The notes below the pieces were generated by a model that had not been told where the DNA came from, made no database searches, and was given only the letters and a program-made list of their open reading frames with translations. Shown here one piece after another: positions 1-16,200 of a stretch of DNA of 64,000 nucleotides. Made by a program: the position numbers and the translations under genes. Positions within the stretch are counted from its first letter, which is position 1. Every line of letters begins with the position of its first letter. Source of the stretch: Lytechinus pictus (Eukaryota); assembly GCF_037042905.1 (NCBI RefSeq), contig NC_087246.1:64046001-64110000 (forward strand). Reading direction: 5' to 3'.

Positions 1-940
1 ATACTATCTGGCCTATTTCTCGTTCCTTTCCATTTACAACAGCGTAGTCCCTCACTCACACCAGGCTCCCAACACCCTGCTTGCACCATTTTGTTTCAAT
101 ACAACACCCTCTTTTTAAATGTGTAGGAATCAGGCTCTTTCGAGCCCATCTCTATGGTCTTTCTCTGGTGTAAAATTGGTTCTCTAGTCTTTCTGATTTT
201 GAGATAGCATGCAAATACCAAAAGCAAATAAAGATATGAATAACATTTTCTAACACTGCAATATTGACAAAAACCCCACTTTTGTTTCGTAAAGAAGTAA
301 TAGGTTCAGGTCTCAATGTAGGCTGAACCTAATTTATATTTGTGATATCGAAAATACAATCGCTTTGTTGTCGGCCCTAGACATGGCTAAAGTAGGGCAT
401 TGATACCTTCATGGTTTAGTACTTAATGAGTCAAATGTTTTTCTCTAAACAACTCAGACTGTAAATTGCCTAATGTTACCATCATTTTCATTTCATACAA
501 CTGTACATTGTATATTGTTGCTGCAACTGCCAATTACAATTAACTTTCTTGTCCGCCGGCAACAAAGACGTTGTCAAGAAGCCTATAAGTCCTTCCTCTC
601 TGGGCTTTAAAAATAAAATCAATTGTCTTCACGCCCGATCTTTACTTCTAAACCGCTGTTTTTTGTTAACATCGATCCAATTCATGTCCAGTACAATGTT
701 AATAACTCCCGTTATATTCTTACAAGGTTGAACGGTCTTCAGTGCGACTAGACGGATTGAGAACCACAATATCACCGTTAACCCCAACAAATCGTATTAA
801 TAGCTTTATGAAGGAACAACAAGAAAAGGAGAGTAAAATATATGCATATAAATAAGAAGGGATGGAGAAAATTATCAACTGGGAGAAGAAGAATAAAGAA
901 GGAGGAAGAAGAAGAAGGAGAAGAAGAGGAAATAGAGGAA

Positions 941-1122
941 NNNNNNNNNNNNNNNNNNNNNNNNNNNNNNNNNNNNNNNNNNNNNNNNNNNNNNNNNNNN
1001 NNNNNNNNNNNNNNNNNNNNNNNNNNNNNNNNNNNNNNNNNNNNNNNNNNNNNNNNNNNNNNNNNNNNNNNNNNNNNNNNNNNNNNNNNNNNNNNNNNNN
1101 NNNNNNNNNNNNNNNNNNNNNN
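941..1122. other. Assembly gap (run of N) inside a GA-rich low-complexity tract
   Basis: 182 consecutive n characters, flanked by GAA/GAG-rich sequence. Confidence 0.99.
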
Positions 1123-2611
1123 GGATCGAGAAATAGAATGGAAGGATGGAGAGGGGTGCATGAAAGTGAAGAACATAAATGAAACCAAACACATATTTCT
1201 TCTAAAGGAGCTTTGTGGTAAAAGACGATGGAGAAGTTTGCAAAATGGTATTTATTTCAGGCCCACACCAAAGAAAATTTACGAACGAAAAATACATCAA
1301 AGCAAGGTGGAAGGGAAATGAAAGAGTGGAAAGAGGGAGAGGGGGTATAGTTTGGAAAGAAGGGGTATTATTATGAAGAACAACCCAGGTAAACAAAATA
1401 CAGCCTCTACCTTTCTTCTGCTCAACAATGCCAGGTAATCTGCCTTTGTTGCTTGTGGATGGGAGGGGAAAAAATGGACCTCATTGATTGTCTATATTCA
1501 GCGATCTAGATGAAAAGAAACCCCTTGGTAGATAAAAGGGATGGGAAGCATGAAAAGAGACGTTACGTAAGAAGAGAACAAGGCTCTTTGTCGTGGGTTC
1601 ATTGTGATTCAAATAGTTATATGAATCGTGAAGAGCTAGTCATATTTACAGAAGACGATTTCAATATAATATGAATACCGCTTGCTGCGTCATCGGTGAA
1701 CTGCTATTGTCTAGTCATAAACCATTTCCAAGATAGCAGAAGAACATTATTCCCATCGAAATAATGTAATTGATCAACTATTCAGTCTTTAAACGCATGA
1801 TCGTTGAAAAACTATTTTAAAAGTAGTTACCTGGAACAGGTAACTATTAAATTCGACAAGACTTTTTATCACTGTTAATTTATCATGAAAGACAAATAAT
1901 CGATAGCATTTGACTAAAATTGTACATCTATACAAATGCCACTTTTTATATTAACTTCTCCTCCTTATTCATCATCATCATCATCATCATCTTCTTCTTC
2001 TTCATCTTTGTCTAATAAACTAAGAATGACAAGATTTTGATTTCATCCTTATAAACAATCGTTAAATTTAACCGTCATAATTAAAAGCAAAATCGATTTC
2101 TTGCAAAGTTAACTGGTTGCGACAACATCGTGTTGCGTGACGGTACTAAATATTTTCACAGCCATGCTTATTTCATTTATTTCTTATATTTCAAAATCAA
2201 TAACTCATAGATTTGAAGTTCGGCTCTTGGTGATCTGGTCTCGAATATGCCCCTCCCATCATCCATGCGTGGACCAAAAAAACACCTCCCTTCTTAGCAT
2301 CAAGTCATGATGAGCGAAGGTAATTGTTTTGTTCTGATTCTCAGATCGATCGAACTCCTTGAAAAAAAAAGGAGATCACTCTCGAAACCTGAAGAAAATG
2401 ACATACGCCCCCAGACGAATTTTTGCATACAGGACCATAGAACAATCCCATGCGAAGAGATAAGGAAGAATAGGATGCGGAGATATATTAATTTAGCAAG
2501 GTGATCAGAGGAAGAAGAGGAGGAAAAGGAGAAAAAATCAGAAAGAAAAGATGTGACATATAGAATACAAAAAGGGAGGGGGGGATGGGAAATAAAGGAG
2601 GATAACTTTAA

Positions 2612-2872
2612 AGGAGAGTAAGAGGGAGGTGAGGTGAAGAAAAAAAAAGGAGAAAAACGGAGGAGGAAGAGGAGCAGCACAGGAGGATAAGAAATGTGAG
2701 ATTAAAAACGAATAAGAAGCCTAAACGGCGGGCAAATAGGAGGATAACACTGTAGGAGAGTAAGAGGGAGATGAGGTGAAGAAAAAAAGGAGGAAAACGG
2801 AGGAGGAAGAGGAGCAGCACAGGAGGATAAGAAATGTGAGATTAAAGACGAATAAGAAGCCTAAACGGCGGG
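2612..2872 (+). repeat. Local tandem duplication (~140-bp period) in purine-rich sequence
   Basis: aggagagtaagagggag...gagcagcacaggaggataagaaatgtgagattaaa.acgaataagaagcctaaacggcggg occurs at ~2612-2732 and ~2754-2872. Confidence 0.85.
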
Positions 2873-5800
2873 ACAAATAGGGAATGTATACAAGGATGAT
2901 AGAGGGGAAATATGAGGTGTAAGAGGAAAATGATGGGAAATTAAAAAAAATGCATAAGACGAGAAGGAAGAGGTGAAGGAGAAATAAAAGAAACAAGAGA
3001 GAGAATAGAAGGAGGCGGGCGGGCATCTTGTTTCAATTAGGTCCCTCGTCCATACCTAAGAAAAAAGTGGCTGTCAATAAAAAATTATTTGTTTCTGATT
3101 ATTATTTGTTTCTGATTACACAAAAGAATTGTCGCTCTTACATTTTTTTTGATAAAGACATAATATACACACACAAGCGCGCAAATTTTACATGTACTAA
3201 GAAATAAAGAGAAATAAACAATAACAATTATAGATTTTATGTTTATTTCAAAATACACATTATTTGAATAATATGCGTTTCTTTTTTTATTTGTACATAA
3301 ACTCAAACAACTGAAGCAGAAAGAATGAATGTATTTAAGAAATATAATATATTTTTTGAAATCAACACAAAGGCATATATCTATTTATTTCATGTATTTT
3401 TTTCAAAGATCTTTATGCTTTTAAATATCGATCTCGTATGCTAGTATAATGAATTTTCAAATGTTTTCATAGCTGATCTCAATATCAATATTTCTCTGTG
3501 TGATTATAATACATTAACAATCAAAGATCAATGCAAATACTGTTGTAATGAACCCCTTTAATATAACTTAATTTATATATATATTGTTTAAAAAAATGCA
3601 CATCAGTACATCAATCATTAGAACACTTTATTACATAAGTTGATTTGAAGAAGACGTCATGGTTTGCCTATCTAATAAAATGTTAATTATCATGATAATG
3701 GAAATACAATTATGGTATTAAAACAATTTATAGCTTTGACACTTAACGCAATCTATCTTGTTGCTTAAATGACTGGTGTTCATTGAGGGGCTCCAAGAAA
3801 TTAAATACAGGGGGCAATTTCATAAAGTTGATTGTTGCACCATTTAATGAACAACTGGTGACCCTTTCTTTGGCTAAATAAAATACCCAGATTTGCCAGG
3901 TTCAGAATGTTAAATTATCATACCAAACTAAAAATTATTGGTTTTTTTTTAAAGAAAATTATCATACCACACTACATACCAATTATTCATAGGAGAAACA
4001 ATACCAGAGTGAATGTGAGATGGTGTACTGTATGCGATCCTGAGTATATTCCATTTTGAAATTAGACCAAGTGTTTATTTTGATTGTCATCTAATTTTTT
4101 ATTTGATTATGGAACGCAAAGGTCTTTCAAAATTATATGCGAACAAATTTTTTACCAAAATCAAAATCATTATGAATTGCATGTCTATGATGCAAAACAT
4201 AATACTATTGTTGATATTATCATTCATTTGCCCTTTTTAAAAATTATTAATTTTACAATGTACAATTATGATAAATCATACACCTGGCAACGCTGGAGAT
4301 TTCGGTATTAATACAATGGTAATGCATTTTTTACGACCCTAAAACAAATTTCGAAAAAATATTGAATTTTCCATCAAGATGTTTGCGATCTGTGACTAAA
4401 AAGATTGGATTTCAACTGTAACTAATGGAAAATCAAATGAAATGAGAATCTGATTTAATACCTAAGAAAGGGTCATCAGTCTTTCATTATGTTGTGTCAG
4501 GTCTCCGCACACCTAACAACTGGTCCACTATCCAATTTTTTAACAAATCGCATTTTGTTAATTTTCTGAAAATATGAACATAAAGTACCAGTATATTTTA
4601 GGTTAAAATTAAGTGTAAGAAAACTTGTGTAACAATTTTGTATGATAGCTAGCCTTTATTTTGGAGTAAAAGCAAAATTAACACAGAATCGTAGCCAATC
4701 ATTCGACTGCTATATGTCATTACGACTAAATATTCTATTCACTTTTACTCTAATAAAGATGGTAGCATAGTCACAGATTTGAACATTAGTATTTGTATGA
4801 TGTTTTAAAACTTTAAACATTAAAATGTTCCATGTTTCAATATTCACATAGAATTTTACGACATTTTATTCCAAAATTGGGTCACTGACCAATCATACGA
4901 TGTGCGGTGGCCTTTACAAAAATATTCATGGAACAAAATCTATAAATGGTTTATCATTGTAGTTATGATAACTTATATATGTGTGTATGAAGATGAATGT
5001 GTAATAGAAATCAATCTTTAAAAAGTATAACAGGGTGATTCAAGTTGGGTGTTGACAGTTGGTGTTAAGCAGATTTTTACACCAAACAGAGAACTTAAAA
5101 TCTCAGTATTAAGATATCAATATGATTGGAATCATTTTTTTAACCCATGGTCAGTCAGGCAGCCAGATTCAAACTCTGAACACCAACAACAAACTTGAAA
5201 TCACCAACTGATTCAATACAATCTCTAAGTTGAAAGGGTTTGAATTTTACATTTTTAGAAAAAAGGGAACAGGCCAAGTGTATAAGTTTTGATGACTGAA
5301 TAGAATAATCTAAAAATGTACTGTAATAAAATTAAAAACTGTGTATCATTTGAATGTGATATATATTGACATCTTACAATGATTTTCTTGTATACATACA
5401 TACAAGTGGATAAGTATAATATTCTCTATATACTATCAAATACATGAATATTTGTTTCTTTAGATAAGTGATATGAATATATAAAATCAAAATAGATAAC
5501 ATACTTACATCTGTACATATTTTTCAATGACAATAAATATTCCATCTCATCATAGAATGTATACAATTACATGTCATAATAGGAAAATTGATTCTTTAAG
5601 AAACACATAATACAGCTGAAACCAAAGATTCAAACTACAAATAGATTTCATTTGACTTACATAATCCTCAAGAAATTCAAAGCTTTTTTATCCAGGTGGT
5701 AAGATATGAAAAAAAGAACCAATAAGGAGAACAAGTACAACAACATTACTTGATTAGGGGAGATCATGACCATGAAAAGTTTTCACCAACCTCTAAATAT

Positions 5801-8800
5801 TGAAGACAAGCTTTCACTCTCTCCTGCACCCCATTTCTTGCAGTAAAATGCTATCTTCCTACTTACTGGAAGACCTAATGATTTCAAATCAACAAGAAAT
5901 TCCCATACAAAACAAATGATGGTGTGAATAAATTTGATTTGAATTTACTGAAAAATAGAGAGAAATAGTATATAAAAAGTATCCAAATGCAAATTGAAAA
6001 AAAAAAATGAGGAAAACAATCTTTCGATCTTGACAGAAAATCTGAAAAAATATATCGAAATGGAACTTATGAATTGGAATTTTTCAAATAAAATTGTACA
6101 ACCAAGGAGGTTTATTACAAAGCCATTTTAAATACACAGTGTAATAACAATAATAAAAAAACATTGTGGCAAAAGGGAGGTGAGGGGAAATTAATGGGAA
6201 GGGGGGGGGGGAGAATGGGGGGGGGGTGTAGAGTAACAAGAGAGAACCTCTACTTTTGGACTTGACAGGTTGCTCTATTTTGATATTGAGAATATCGACT
6301 GATCAAACAGAATTGGAATTCAACATTCAAGTGTTTGTACTATCAGGAAGCTTTATCACAAAACGGTTATGACTCAAGTGGGAATAGGAGGGAAAGGGCA
6401 AAAGAAGGGGGAAGAGAAGAATGGGAGAAGAGTAGGGGGCAGGGAGAAGAGAAGGGAAGAAGGGAAAAGAAAAGAAGCGAAGAAGATAATGAGAGAAGAG
6501 GGAACTTAGAAGGGGAGACAAGAAAGGAAAGGTCAAAGAAGTGGAGGGGAGATGAAATAGAAGACGGACATAATTACCTAGATGCTGCGGTCAATACAAC
6601 GATGGAATAAATGTATTTTTGGTATTAAATTAAATTAAGTTTTCACAGATTAGTTACACATCACTCGATGATAACTTGGGAGGGTGGGGAAAGGGTGGGG
6701 GAAAGAAGGGTGGGGAAGGGGTAGGGGAAAGGAGGGTGCAAAATGTATGGTGGTGCAGTGGTATATAGAGAGGGGTATAATGACCGAGACAATATCAATA
6801 ATTTTGTATAAAACTATCAAATTTGTCCAGGATCTAACAATCTATCATGTAATTCAAATAAAAATAATATCCTGGCTGTTTCATGTTTATTACTAAATCC
6901 TTATTGCTATGGTTCTAGCTCTATTGATGAAAAAGTTAAAATGTGTCCTGAAACTATGGTAGAAAAATGGATAAAAAGAACTGAATTAACAAGCTTAATT
7001 AATCCATAACTTAACAGGATGATTTATGGTGAAATATGGAGATCCATTTTTAGGATTTCAAACATTTATCACACACTAGTCAGAAAAGAACATATCATTA
7101 TCAAATCCTTTTAACCCAATCAAAAAGAAAATGCAAATATTATCAAGTTAAAACACACAACATATATAAAAATAACACCGAAACAATAAAACATCAGCAA
7201 TAATAAAAATGCAAACTTATGTCCACGAGTGGCAAGAGATTAAACATATTATATTTTAAAAGATCATAATGATTGTATTTTGCATTGATGAATTGAAATT
7301 GATTTTCATAGAAGAGGGTACAAAATAATTGATCACATAAATTCATAATGGAGGTGCAGTTCATACAACAATAATACAATTCAACTTCAGAAATGCTTAA
7401 ACGATATATAAAAAGTGACAAGCTTTTTTTTCTAAACCCTGTGGAATGTGGACATTATTTTCCGAGCTAATTGACACCAAGATCATTAATTTTTTTACCA
7501 AATTTTTAATGTATTTTGAGTCTGCTCATGCTTTGAAATAACCTTATTGAAAATACTAAAGGCCATTCTTATACAAGATGATTTTAAGGGAAGCACTGCA
7601 AAATTATCAAATTCTAGAGGTGACAGTGCCCCCGCCAAAATGGGCCAGCTCAAACCATGGTCTTCGTGCTTTATAACACAGGAACATAAATACTTTACTT
7701 TCTACCAAAAAGTAATAACAATAGCTTCTTGACCTGCAGTCCACATGGTCATTGAAAACTTATACCTTTTTTAGAGGGAGGGATCAGCCTGCCTCCTATA
7801 TGGATGTGAATAATTAGAAAATACAGAATACAACTAGACTTCAAATCAATATACCACATTAATTGTATTACTCAGTCATATTGATTACACTAGATGACTG
7901 AATTCATACGATAATGCCTCAAAAACTCAAGGAATGTATACAAATTGAAAACACATAGAATTGCTTAATATATAATAGTATTATCAATGAGAGATTGAGT
8001 ATTAAAAGTCTTTGTTCTAGATATATTCAGAATCCACAATATAAACTGATTAGTCATTGTATCCTACATTGATTAAAATACTCACTTGTAAAAAAATGGT
8101 TAAGCTGAAGTAATGAAGAGGACAGCTGACATAGCTACTTAGCTTAGTGTGTAAATGAATATTAATTGAGATTAATGGACTACATCAGCTTAATTCAATC
8201 ACATCTGACTCATTCGGAATCACAAAAGCAACCTAAATAATCAGCCAATATGTGAATAAACAACTCTGCTAATTCAAAGAACATGGTATGAAAATTAAAA
8301 TACATTGATTGTAAATAAGTAAATGAGAACAAATACATGTAGCATAATAGTATTTTTTTTCTTATCCTCATTAAAAAACATTCAAGATCAGTAGTAATTT
8401 TTTTGTTTTTGAAAAAAAAAGAGGATTTTATATGGCTTCTTCTGGATGAAAGAAACTAGCAGACAACAATCTTGTTTGATATCATTCAATGTTTCCTCTT
8501 TCATTCATTATATATATTTCAAATGGATTAAACTCATCAAATAATTGAAAATAATACCTCTGGAATAATGTTTAACTTCTCAGGCTATAACTTAACAGGT
8601 TAATAACCCAGTATCACATGGTAAGTATTGCACCAGATTTTTCTCTTCAGTTAGTAATTACCAGCATTTCTCATGAAATTGAACTAGAGACAGGGTTTCT
8701 TACATTCACTCTCAATTATTTGGTTACAGATCCATATGAACCCGACAGATTGGCTCATCAATTCATTTTGTGTGCATGTTCATGTGGTCTAGGACTTCTG

Positions 8801-10177
8801 AATAATGACATGATCTTCAATGATCACACCCCTTAAACCATTGGTCCTGGACTAATGTTGTCCAGTATATCACAGTCTTATATTCATTTTGGTCCAGGAC
8901 ATCTGCATAATTAGAAAAAGCTGTCCAGTGATCAGAATCATGTCTTAATTAGTCCAGGTCTAGACAGGTTGTCCAGTTATCACAACACTCGGCTTAGGCT
9001 TGTTAGGTCCAGGACTTAAGAAGAACTGAAAGCAACTCCAGCAACATTGTGACCAGCCCTGTATTATGAATCATGGAATCGTTGACAAACAAAAATAGTC
9101 AATCTTTCTGTATAACTTGACTGAATAAGAGGTACGAAGGGTTGACTGTAAATTCTTGTCCCCAATAATATAAAATGCTAGTGATAAATGGAATCGAAAA
9201 TTTGAAATAAAACAATTCTGATCATTCTAATCTAAACAAAATATGGATGCACAGTGATACAGTGTTATGTGAGTTAATAGTAGGTGTGAACATATCCAAA
9301 TGTGTTACGCCAGAAAATTTAAAGAAAATATTCAAGTGCAATAAAATCACAAAAATATCTGCCAGAATTCCTTAATTCAAAAGAAATTCAAAATACAATA
9401 GTATAAGACCCCTATTCCATTTATATTTGTCTAAATTGGGAATAATAGTGTTGGGAATAATAGTGTTGGGAATAATAGTGTTGAGACAATTCTGATGCTA
9501 GAATGAAAAAAAGGGAATATGAATTCATTACAACCATCAATATTCATAAGCAGTATTAAGCCTATATCAATATATTTGATCAAGATTAATTAGAATCTTA
9601 GGATAAATAGCTCACATGAGAACCATACAATACAAGTATACATATACAGTGAACATCTATAGAGACACTCTACAAGGTATGACTGTACAAACATTTGTAC
9701 AGCACCACATACAATACCACGTATGACCAACATTTACACTGAAATCTTACATCATCATTATTGACAAAAAAATCCCCTTTTCAGGGTGAGATCTGAAAAG
9801 AATGGACCATTTCACTAGCATTCTCAAGTTCATGGATATAAGTATTTTAACTACTTAGCAGTCTGCATGCATTGCCAGTTGTTATATCTGGCAAGCTCAA
9901 GCAACCTTCCAGATTCTACAAAGTGATATTTCAATTTAATAGGTACTGTTTAAAATCAAGAATTTGAAGAGATTCTAATTGTGATAGTGCAGTAACCTTT
10001 CATTCAATATCAGGAAAGCAATTGACAATGAAACTGAAAAAAATGTCATTTGATATTGCACATTCCTTTAACAATAAAAATTTACAATACATATAAGACA
10101 CATTTACAGAGCAGCCAAAAGGTGACAGAACCAAACATTGAGACATGAGTGATAACTAGTGTGTTTTGATTTCAGGT

Positions 10178-10252
10178 TTAGGGTGAATATGGTTTTGATC
10201 CATGCTGTATTTTCATCCTCTGTAGTCTTTTGGCAATTTTCTCAGGTTGGCT
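10178..10252 (-). CDS. WDR89: WDR89 last coding exon SQPEKIAKRLQRMKIQHGSKPYSP*
   Basis: cag acceptor at 10255-10253 and TAA stop at 10180-10178. Basic tail ending in KPY. Confidence 0.8.
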   Translation of the reverse strand, partial: SQPEKIAKRLQRMKIQHGSKPYSP

Positions 10253-13200
10253 CTGCAGATAGATGGTAGTAGCAGACAGGAAAGGATAAATAACAAAAGA
10301 AAAAGAAAAGAAAAAAAAATCATAAGCAAGCAAGAAAATATGTGCAGAACAAGAACAGTAGAGTAAAGAAGCTTCAAAGTGCCACCAAGATGTCTAGATG
10401 ATCAGATGACAAGATATTGGATCTTATTGTGTCTACATCATTTAGTCAAGATGATATCAGATGACAAGATATAGAGACAAGGAGATCTCAGATCTTGCCA
10501 CCTCATCATCTCTTCTAAAGGATGTAGACATGACGAGATCCAAGATTTGACATCTGTCCATCTCTTCTAAAGGATGCAGACATGACGAGATCCAAGATCT
10601 TTTCATCTGTTAATTTTTTCAAAAGCATGTAGACATGACAAGATCTAGTCACCTGAGCTGTACTTTAAAGCTTCCATTGTAAACAACAATGCCAGAAAAC
10701 ACATAACAAAGACAATATCCATATCCCGTGCTAGCAAGTTTACACAACAAATGCTTGATTGTGCAGACAAAACCTAATATTTCATAGCACTATTTCATCA
10801 GAATTGTGTCTATGATGTATTTTGATTTCAATTAAATACAATGAAGTTCATGGTTTGGATTGTATTAAATTTCTGTCTCTATAATATCTGAAAGTGAATG
10901 ACCATGCCACTGATAATGACCTTTACTTAATGTTTATCCATTGATTATGAGTGGGTATTTTTGTGGGGGTGCATTGATAAATATTTCAAACCAACTAGAT
11001 TGAAACTAAACAGAATACAAAAAAAAAGAAACTAGGCAAGCTAAATACTTTATCTACTTGCATTGAATCAAATGGCACAATGAATGAAAAATAATTTTTT
11101 GTGATAATAATATGTGGGTAAATATTTGTCAACAAGACAGAGAATAACATATTTGATACAGAGCAAAGGGGGATGCAGAACAATGCACAAAGTAGAGAGA
11201 ATGCGATCATATTTCTGATAACATATTGCATCCTTAGATTTTCAGCATCAATAAAATAAACAAAATATTGTTATCAAATATACTGAGAATTTTAACAACT
11301 TAATTTATATAAAATCAGATACTTCAAATTGTGTCATTTTAATTTTTTTCTTTCAAATTCACAATTTAACACTTCTTTATGCTCTATCATTAATTTTAAA
11401 AGTAATCTTCCCAATTATTTTCTTTCTCCCTTATTTTCTATAAAAATGGTATTCATGTATCTTCACTTTTAGAGTAAAACACTTGTCCAATATGCCAATT
11501 TGAAATAATTTCAAGAAAAGTTAGGTAATTCTAAAGAAAAAAACTTCTTATATTCAATGTCTGAATTTTCTCAAACTTTCAATTTTTTGTTCCCATTTTA
11601 TGCTACATCAATGACAACATTTGTACATCATTACCTTGACCGGTGAGCCTCTTTTCTCTGCTCTCCTTCCTTGCCGAATCCTACTCGTCGGTGCTGGTGT
11701 GCTCTTCTTCGTTGATGACTGATTGGCATTCCTATCAGGTTGCCACGACGATACCACAGAATCTTCTCCCCCTGTGATCAATGTCTCCGTCTAGAATGAA
11801 ATTCAGATACAGACTTACTCAGATGAATCAACATATCCCAAGTCATGTAAGGCACCGTTCTCACTACCTTCCTAAAACTAGTTTAGTGGAAACTAGTTTA
11901 ACGAGTAATGACAACGGTCGAAACGATCTTGGAAGCGATCTTCCAAACCGGTTCATAAAACCACCTCGTGATGTAGTTTTCAAAATTGCTTTGTCACGGT
12001 AAACTGGTTTTAGCATGAGGACACAACCATTCTCCAAGCATTTTGAGCACGCTACTCCACACGACAGGTGTAGAATGCCTACGGCGTGGTTTTGAATTTC
12101 GCGCAAAATGTGTCAACCCACTGAGAGCATTTCCATAGCAACAAGATCGCTTTACGTGAAGCGATGTTGGAAACCACTTTCGTGTGATCAAATGGGAACG
12201 CTAGCAAAACGATCTTCCAAACTGGTTTCCTGAACCGGTTTCCAGTAAACTAATTTTAGAAAGTGCAATGAGAACGGTGTCTAATATATATACCTAAACA
12301 GAAAAAACACCCAAAATACACTTACATGAAGGATGGATTATGACTTAATATATCCTAAAACATTCCCTTAACAAGTGGAATGCCTCTGGCCGTCTCACCT
12401 GCATCACGCGATTCAATATAGCAGCAGTGCTGATTTTGAAAACTACTATAACTCGCACAAGATGTTCAGTGATACTTGGTTACTCGTATTTCCACGTTTT
12501 ATGAATTAGACCAATATACTTACAGAGTTATGATGGTAATCAACAATTATCATCAACATGGCCAAAGTCCATTGACCTTTGACTTTGGTCATGCGACCTG
12601 AAACTCGCACAGAATGTTCAGTGATACTTGATTACTCTTATGTCCAAGTTTTATGAACTAGACCAATACACTTACAGAGATCTGAGCTAATTCAACAAAT
12701 ACCCCCGACGTGGCCAAAGTTCTTTGACCTTACATGACCTTTGACCTTGATCATGTGACCTGAAACTTGCACAGGATGTTCAGTAATACTTGATTACTAT
12801 TATGTCCAAGTTTCATGAATCAGATCCATAAACTTTCAAAGTTATGATGGTAATTCAACAGATACCCCCAATTCGGCCAAAGTTCATTGACCCTAAATGA
12901 CCTTTGACCTTGGTCATGTGTCGTGAAACTCATGCAGGATGTTCAGTGATACTTGATTAACCTTATGTATAAGTTTCATGAACTAGGTCCATATATTTTC
13001 TAATTTATGATGACATTTCAAAAACTTAACCTTAGGTTAAGATTTTGATGTTGATTCCCCCAACATGGTCTAAGTTCATTGACCCTAAATGACCTTTGAC
13101 CTTGGTCATGTGACATGAAACTCAGGCAGGATGTTCAGTAATACTTGATTAACCTTATGGCCAAGTTTCATCAACTAGGTCCATATACATTCTAAGTTAT

Positions 13201-16200
13201 GCTGTCATTTCAAAAACTTAACCTCAGGTTAAGATTTGGTGTTGACGCCGCCGCCGCCGTCGCCGTCGGAAAAGCGGCGCCTATAGTCTCACTCTGCTAT
13301 GCAGGTGAGACAAAAATGAAGATGTTGAGTATGCATGTATTTGTTTGATCCTATGATTAAATCTCAGTGTAGTATGATGACCACATCAGGTAAAACTAAA
13401 GCTATTGATGCCATACCCTAACTCCCCTCACCCATGCCTCAAGACGATAGAAGGGCCGGTGTGAAAAGCACCTCGGGAATGATAATTTACACAGTAATCC
13501 TCATTAACAGCCAATATTTGTATAGTATTGAATCTGGGTGCACTGCAAGAATACCAGCTTAAAGGGATGGTCCGGGCTGAAAATATTTATATCTTAATAC
13601 ATAGAGTAGAATTCACTGCGCAAAATGAAGAAAATTTGATCAAAATCAGATAACAAATAATAAAGTTATTGAAGTTTAAAGTTTAGCAATATTTTGTGAA
13701 AACAGTCGTCATGAATATTCATTAGGTGGGCTGATGATGTCACATCCCCACTTTCCGTTTTCTTATGTTATTACATAAAATCATAAATTTTTCATTATTT
13801 CATACTTGTGTGAATAATATGTCTCCCTTATAATGAAAGGAGTTGCAGCAATAAATATCTAATGTACTAAATCAGTTGTCAATCCAATTTTTCTAGTTCT
13901 TGGAGGAAACATTTTGAATAAACCTAATTTCATATAATAAAATACAAAAGAACAAGTGGGGATGTGACATCATCAGCCCACCTAATGAATATTCATGACG
14001 ATTGTTTTCACAAAATATTGCTAAACTTTAATATTCAATAACTTTGTTATTTGTTATCCGATTTTGATGAAATTTTCGGCATTTTGCTCAGTGAATTCTA
14101 CTCTATTTATCAAGCTATAAATACTTTCAGCCCTGACCATCCCTTTAATGTCCAAAGTTATACATCTATTGATTAGTGTCTTGTAATTCTGTTAATTTTA
14201 AATTTAGCTGAGGGCTCATATTACCCATCTGACCCATTTGACAAATTAAATAATAATGTGGGTCTGTCTCACAAATTGACCAATCAGATTACAAAATTCA
14301 TGGAAAAAATTGTCCCAATAAGAGATAAACAACATCATACACATCTGTTATAAATCTATTTTAATGTTGTGCAATCAAGTGATTGTAATCAGTTCTTTTT
14401 TTTATAATTATCTTTACCATGCTTGTATGAATTCTATGTACCCCCCCTCCAAACTCTGGATGTAAATCAATGAAGCACTACAATATTTCATTTTAACTCA
14501 AATTGCAGATTTACCACTAAATATTTTTGAAGTCTCCCCAATTTTATGAATTCATATATTTGTTACCCAATATCATAAACTGCAATCTACAGTATTATAC
14601 TACCTTTATACACATTATATGATCTCATTAATAGTCATCATCATGGTTTCTTACATTCTAATGAATTTTGAATTTACAATATTCTATTTTGATTTGAATA
14701 TTAACTTCAAAAATGTATTTGCATTCAATGTATGATTTATATATCTGTTTCATTTTTTTTTCATATTTCAAATTCAAACCCCTATACTGACCTGATCATC
14801 CCAGTGAAGACACCTTACTACTCCTTTATGAGTTCCTTTCAATGAATGTACAAAATGAAGTCTATCTCTTCCAACAGTTAGAAGATGCAAGTCACCGCTG
14901 TAACCAACAAACAACAGAATTTATGATAAATTTTACCTGAAATCGATAGGATATCAATCATAGCATCGCAGCATTTGTTACATCAAATGCATGTACGTAA
15001 ACTGACAAATAAAATGCTAAAAAAATCATTGGTGATTTATGTTTGTAGTGATTATCCTCATTCATCTAACATATTTTTGGGTTGGATTGATGTGTTTGTC
15101 AGATTCATCATTTTACACTCATCATTAAGAAAGTTTCAAACACTAGAAAAAAGTGTCATTCAGAAAGTCTAGACCACATGAACATGCACATGCAAAATGT
15201 TTTTTCCCCTTTTTTTAGTCCCTAATGACATGGTAATATTTTTCATTTTAACTGTAAAGGATATGTAACTGAGTCCAGTTAAGTCTTCATTCTTGTTCCC
15301 CTTCTAGTACTTCTCAAGGATCACAATCAATCAAGAAAATATTCTTTCATTTTCACATAAAAAGATGTAAAATATTGTCAAAATGTCCCATATGGTGCAG
15401 CATGGAATTGCTCTAATGTATGTGTACTTTACCGATGTGTAAGAATATGAATAAATATTTACATAAAGAGAAGAAAACATAGGATGAAAAAATTCTACCA
15501 AATGGATCCAACATTTTACCTTACTGTTCCTCCTAGAACTACTAATGACTTAAGACCAGAATGATAGAAACAATCAACCAGATAGTCCACCTTACATAGA
15601 TCCTCCTGTACAGAAAAACAAACAAATGATTCAACAAGGCAACCAACTGATTAATGCTTTATAAATAGTGCAAAAACAAGTTATGCTTTTTCATGCATTC
15701 TTTCACCCAGACCAAGGGTAAAACAAAAATTCTGCCAAGGTAAATCAAATCCAGAATTCCATGTAGAGACATCAGTATTATAAGGTATGATCACGCAGCA
15801 AAGTAATTCTTTTTTAAAGAGATAAAACTAAAATTACAGGATGCTTCACAATAAACAACATATAAACATAATTTATAATGAACAAATAAATGATTACTGC
15901 AACCATTCCCAAACACGTTGCAAAGAGTATCAAGGATTTGGAGAGAATTCTAAGAAAGAGTTGATTACAGTTTATAAAATTCTGGCTCCAGGGAGGAGGG
16001 GGGTACCATATCTAAATATGCCATGGGCTAATATGCACTTTCAAGATCTCTTGCATGGCTTCTTTGATAATTGTAGAATCTACACACATTTACTTACCTT
16101 TAATGATTCCCTTACTGAGTCAAATTTGGTAATTTCTGACGACTGGGAAAAAGAATAGGAAAATTAACAATACTGAAAATACATACATTACATAAACATA

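Noticed and set aside
778-3026. Several ORFs rich in E/K/R or F/S/L
   Set aside because: They arise from GA-rich low-complexity DNA and the N gap, with no domain or splice-consistent model.
6327-6896. ORFs in purine-rich tract
   Set aside because: Low-complexity artefacts downstream of the WDR89 stop.
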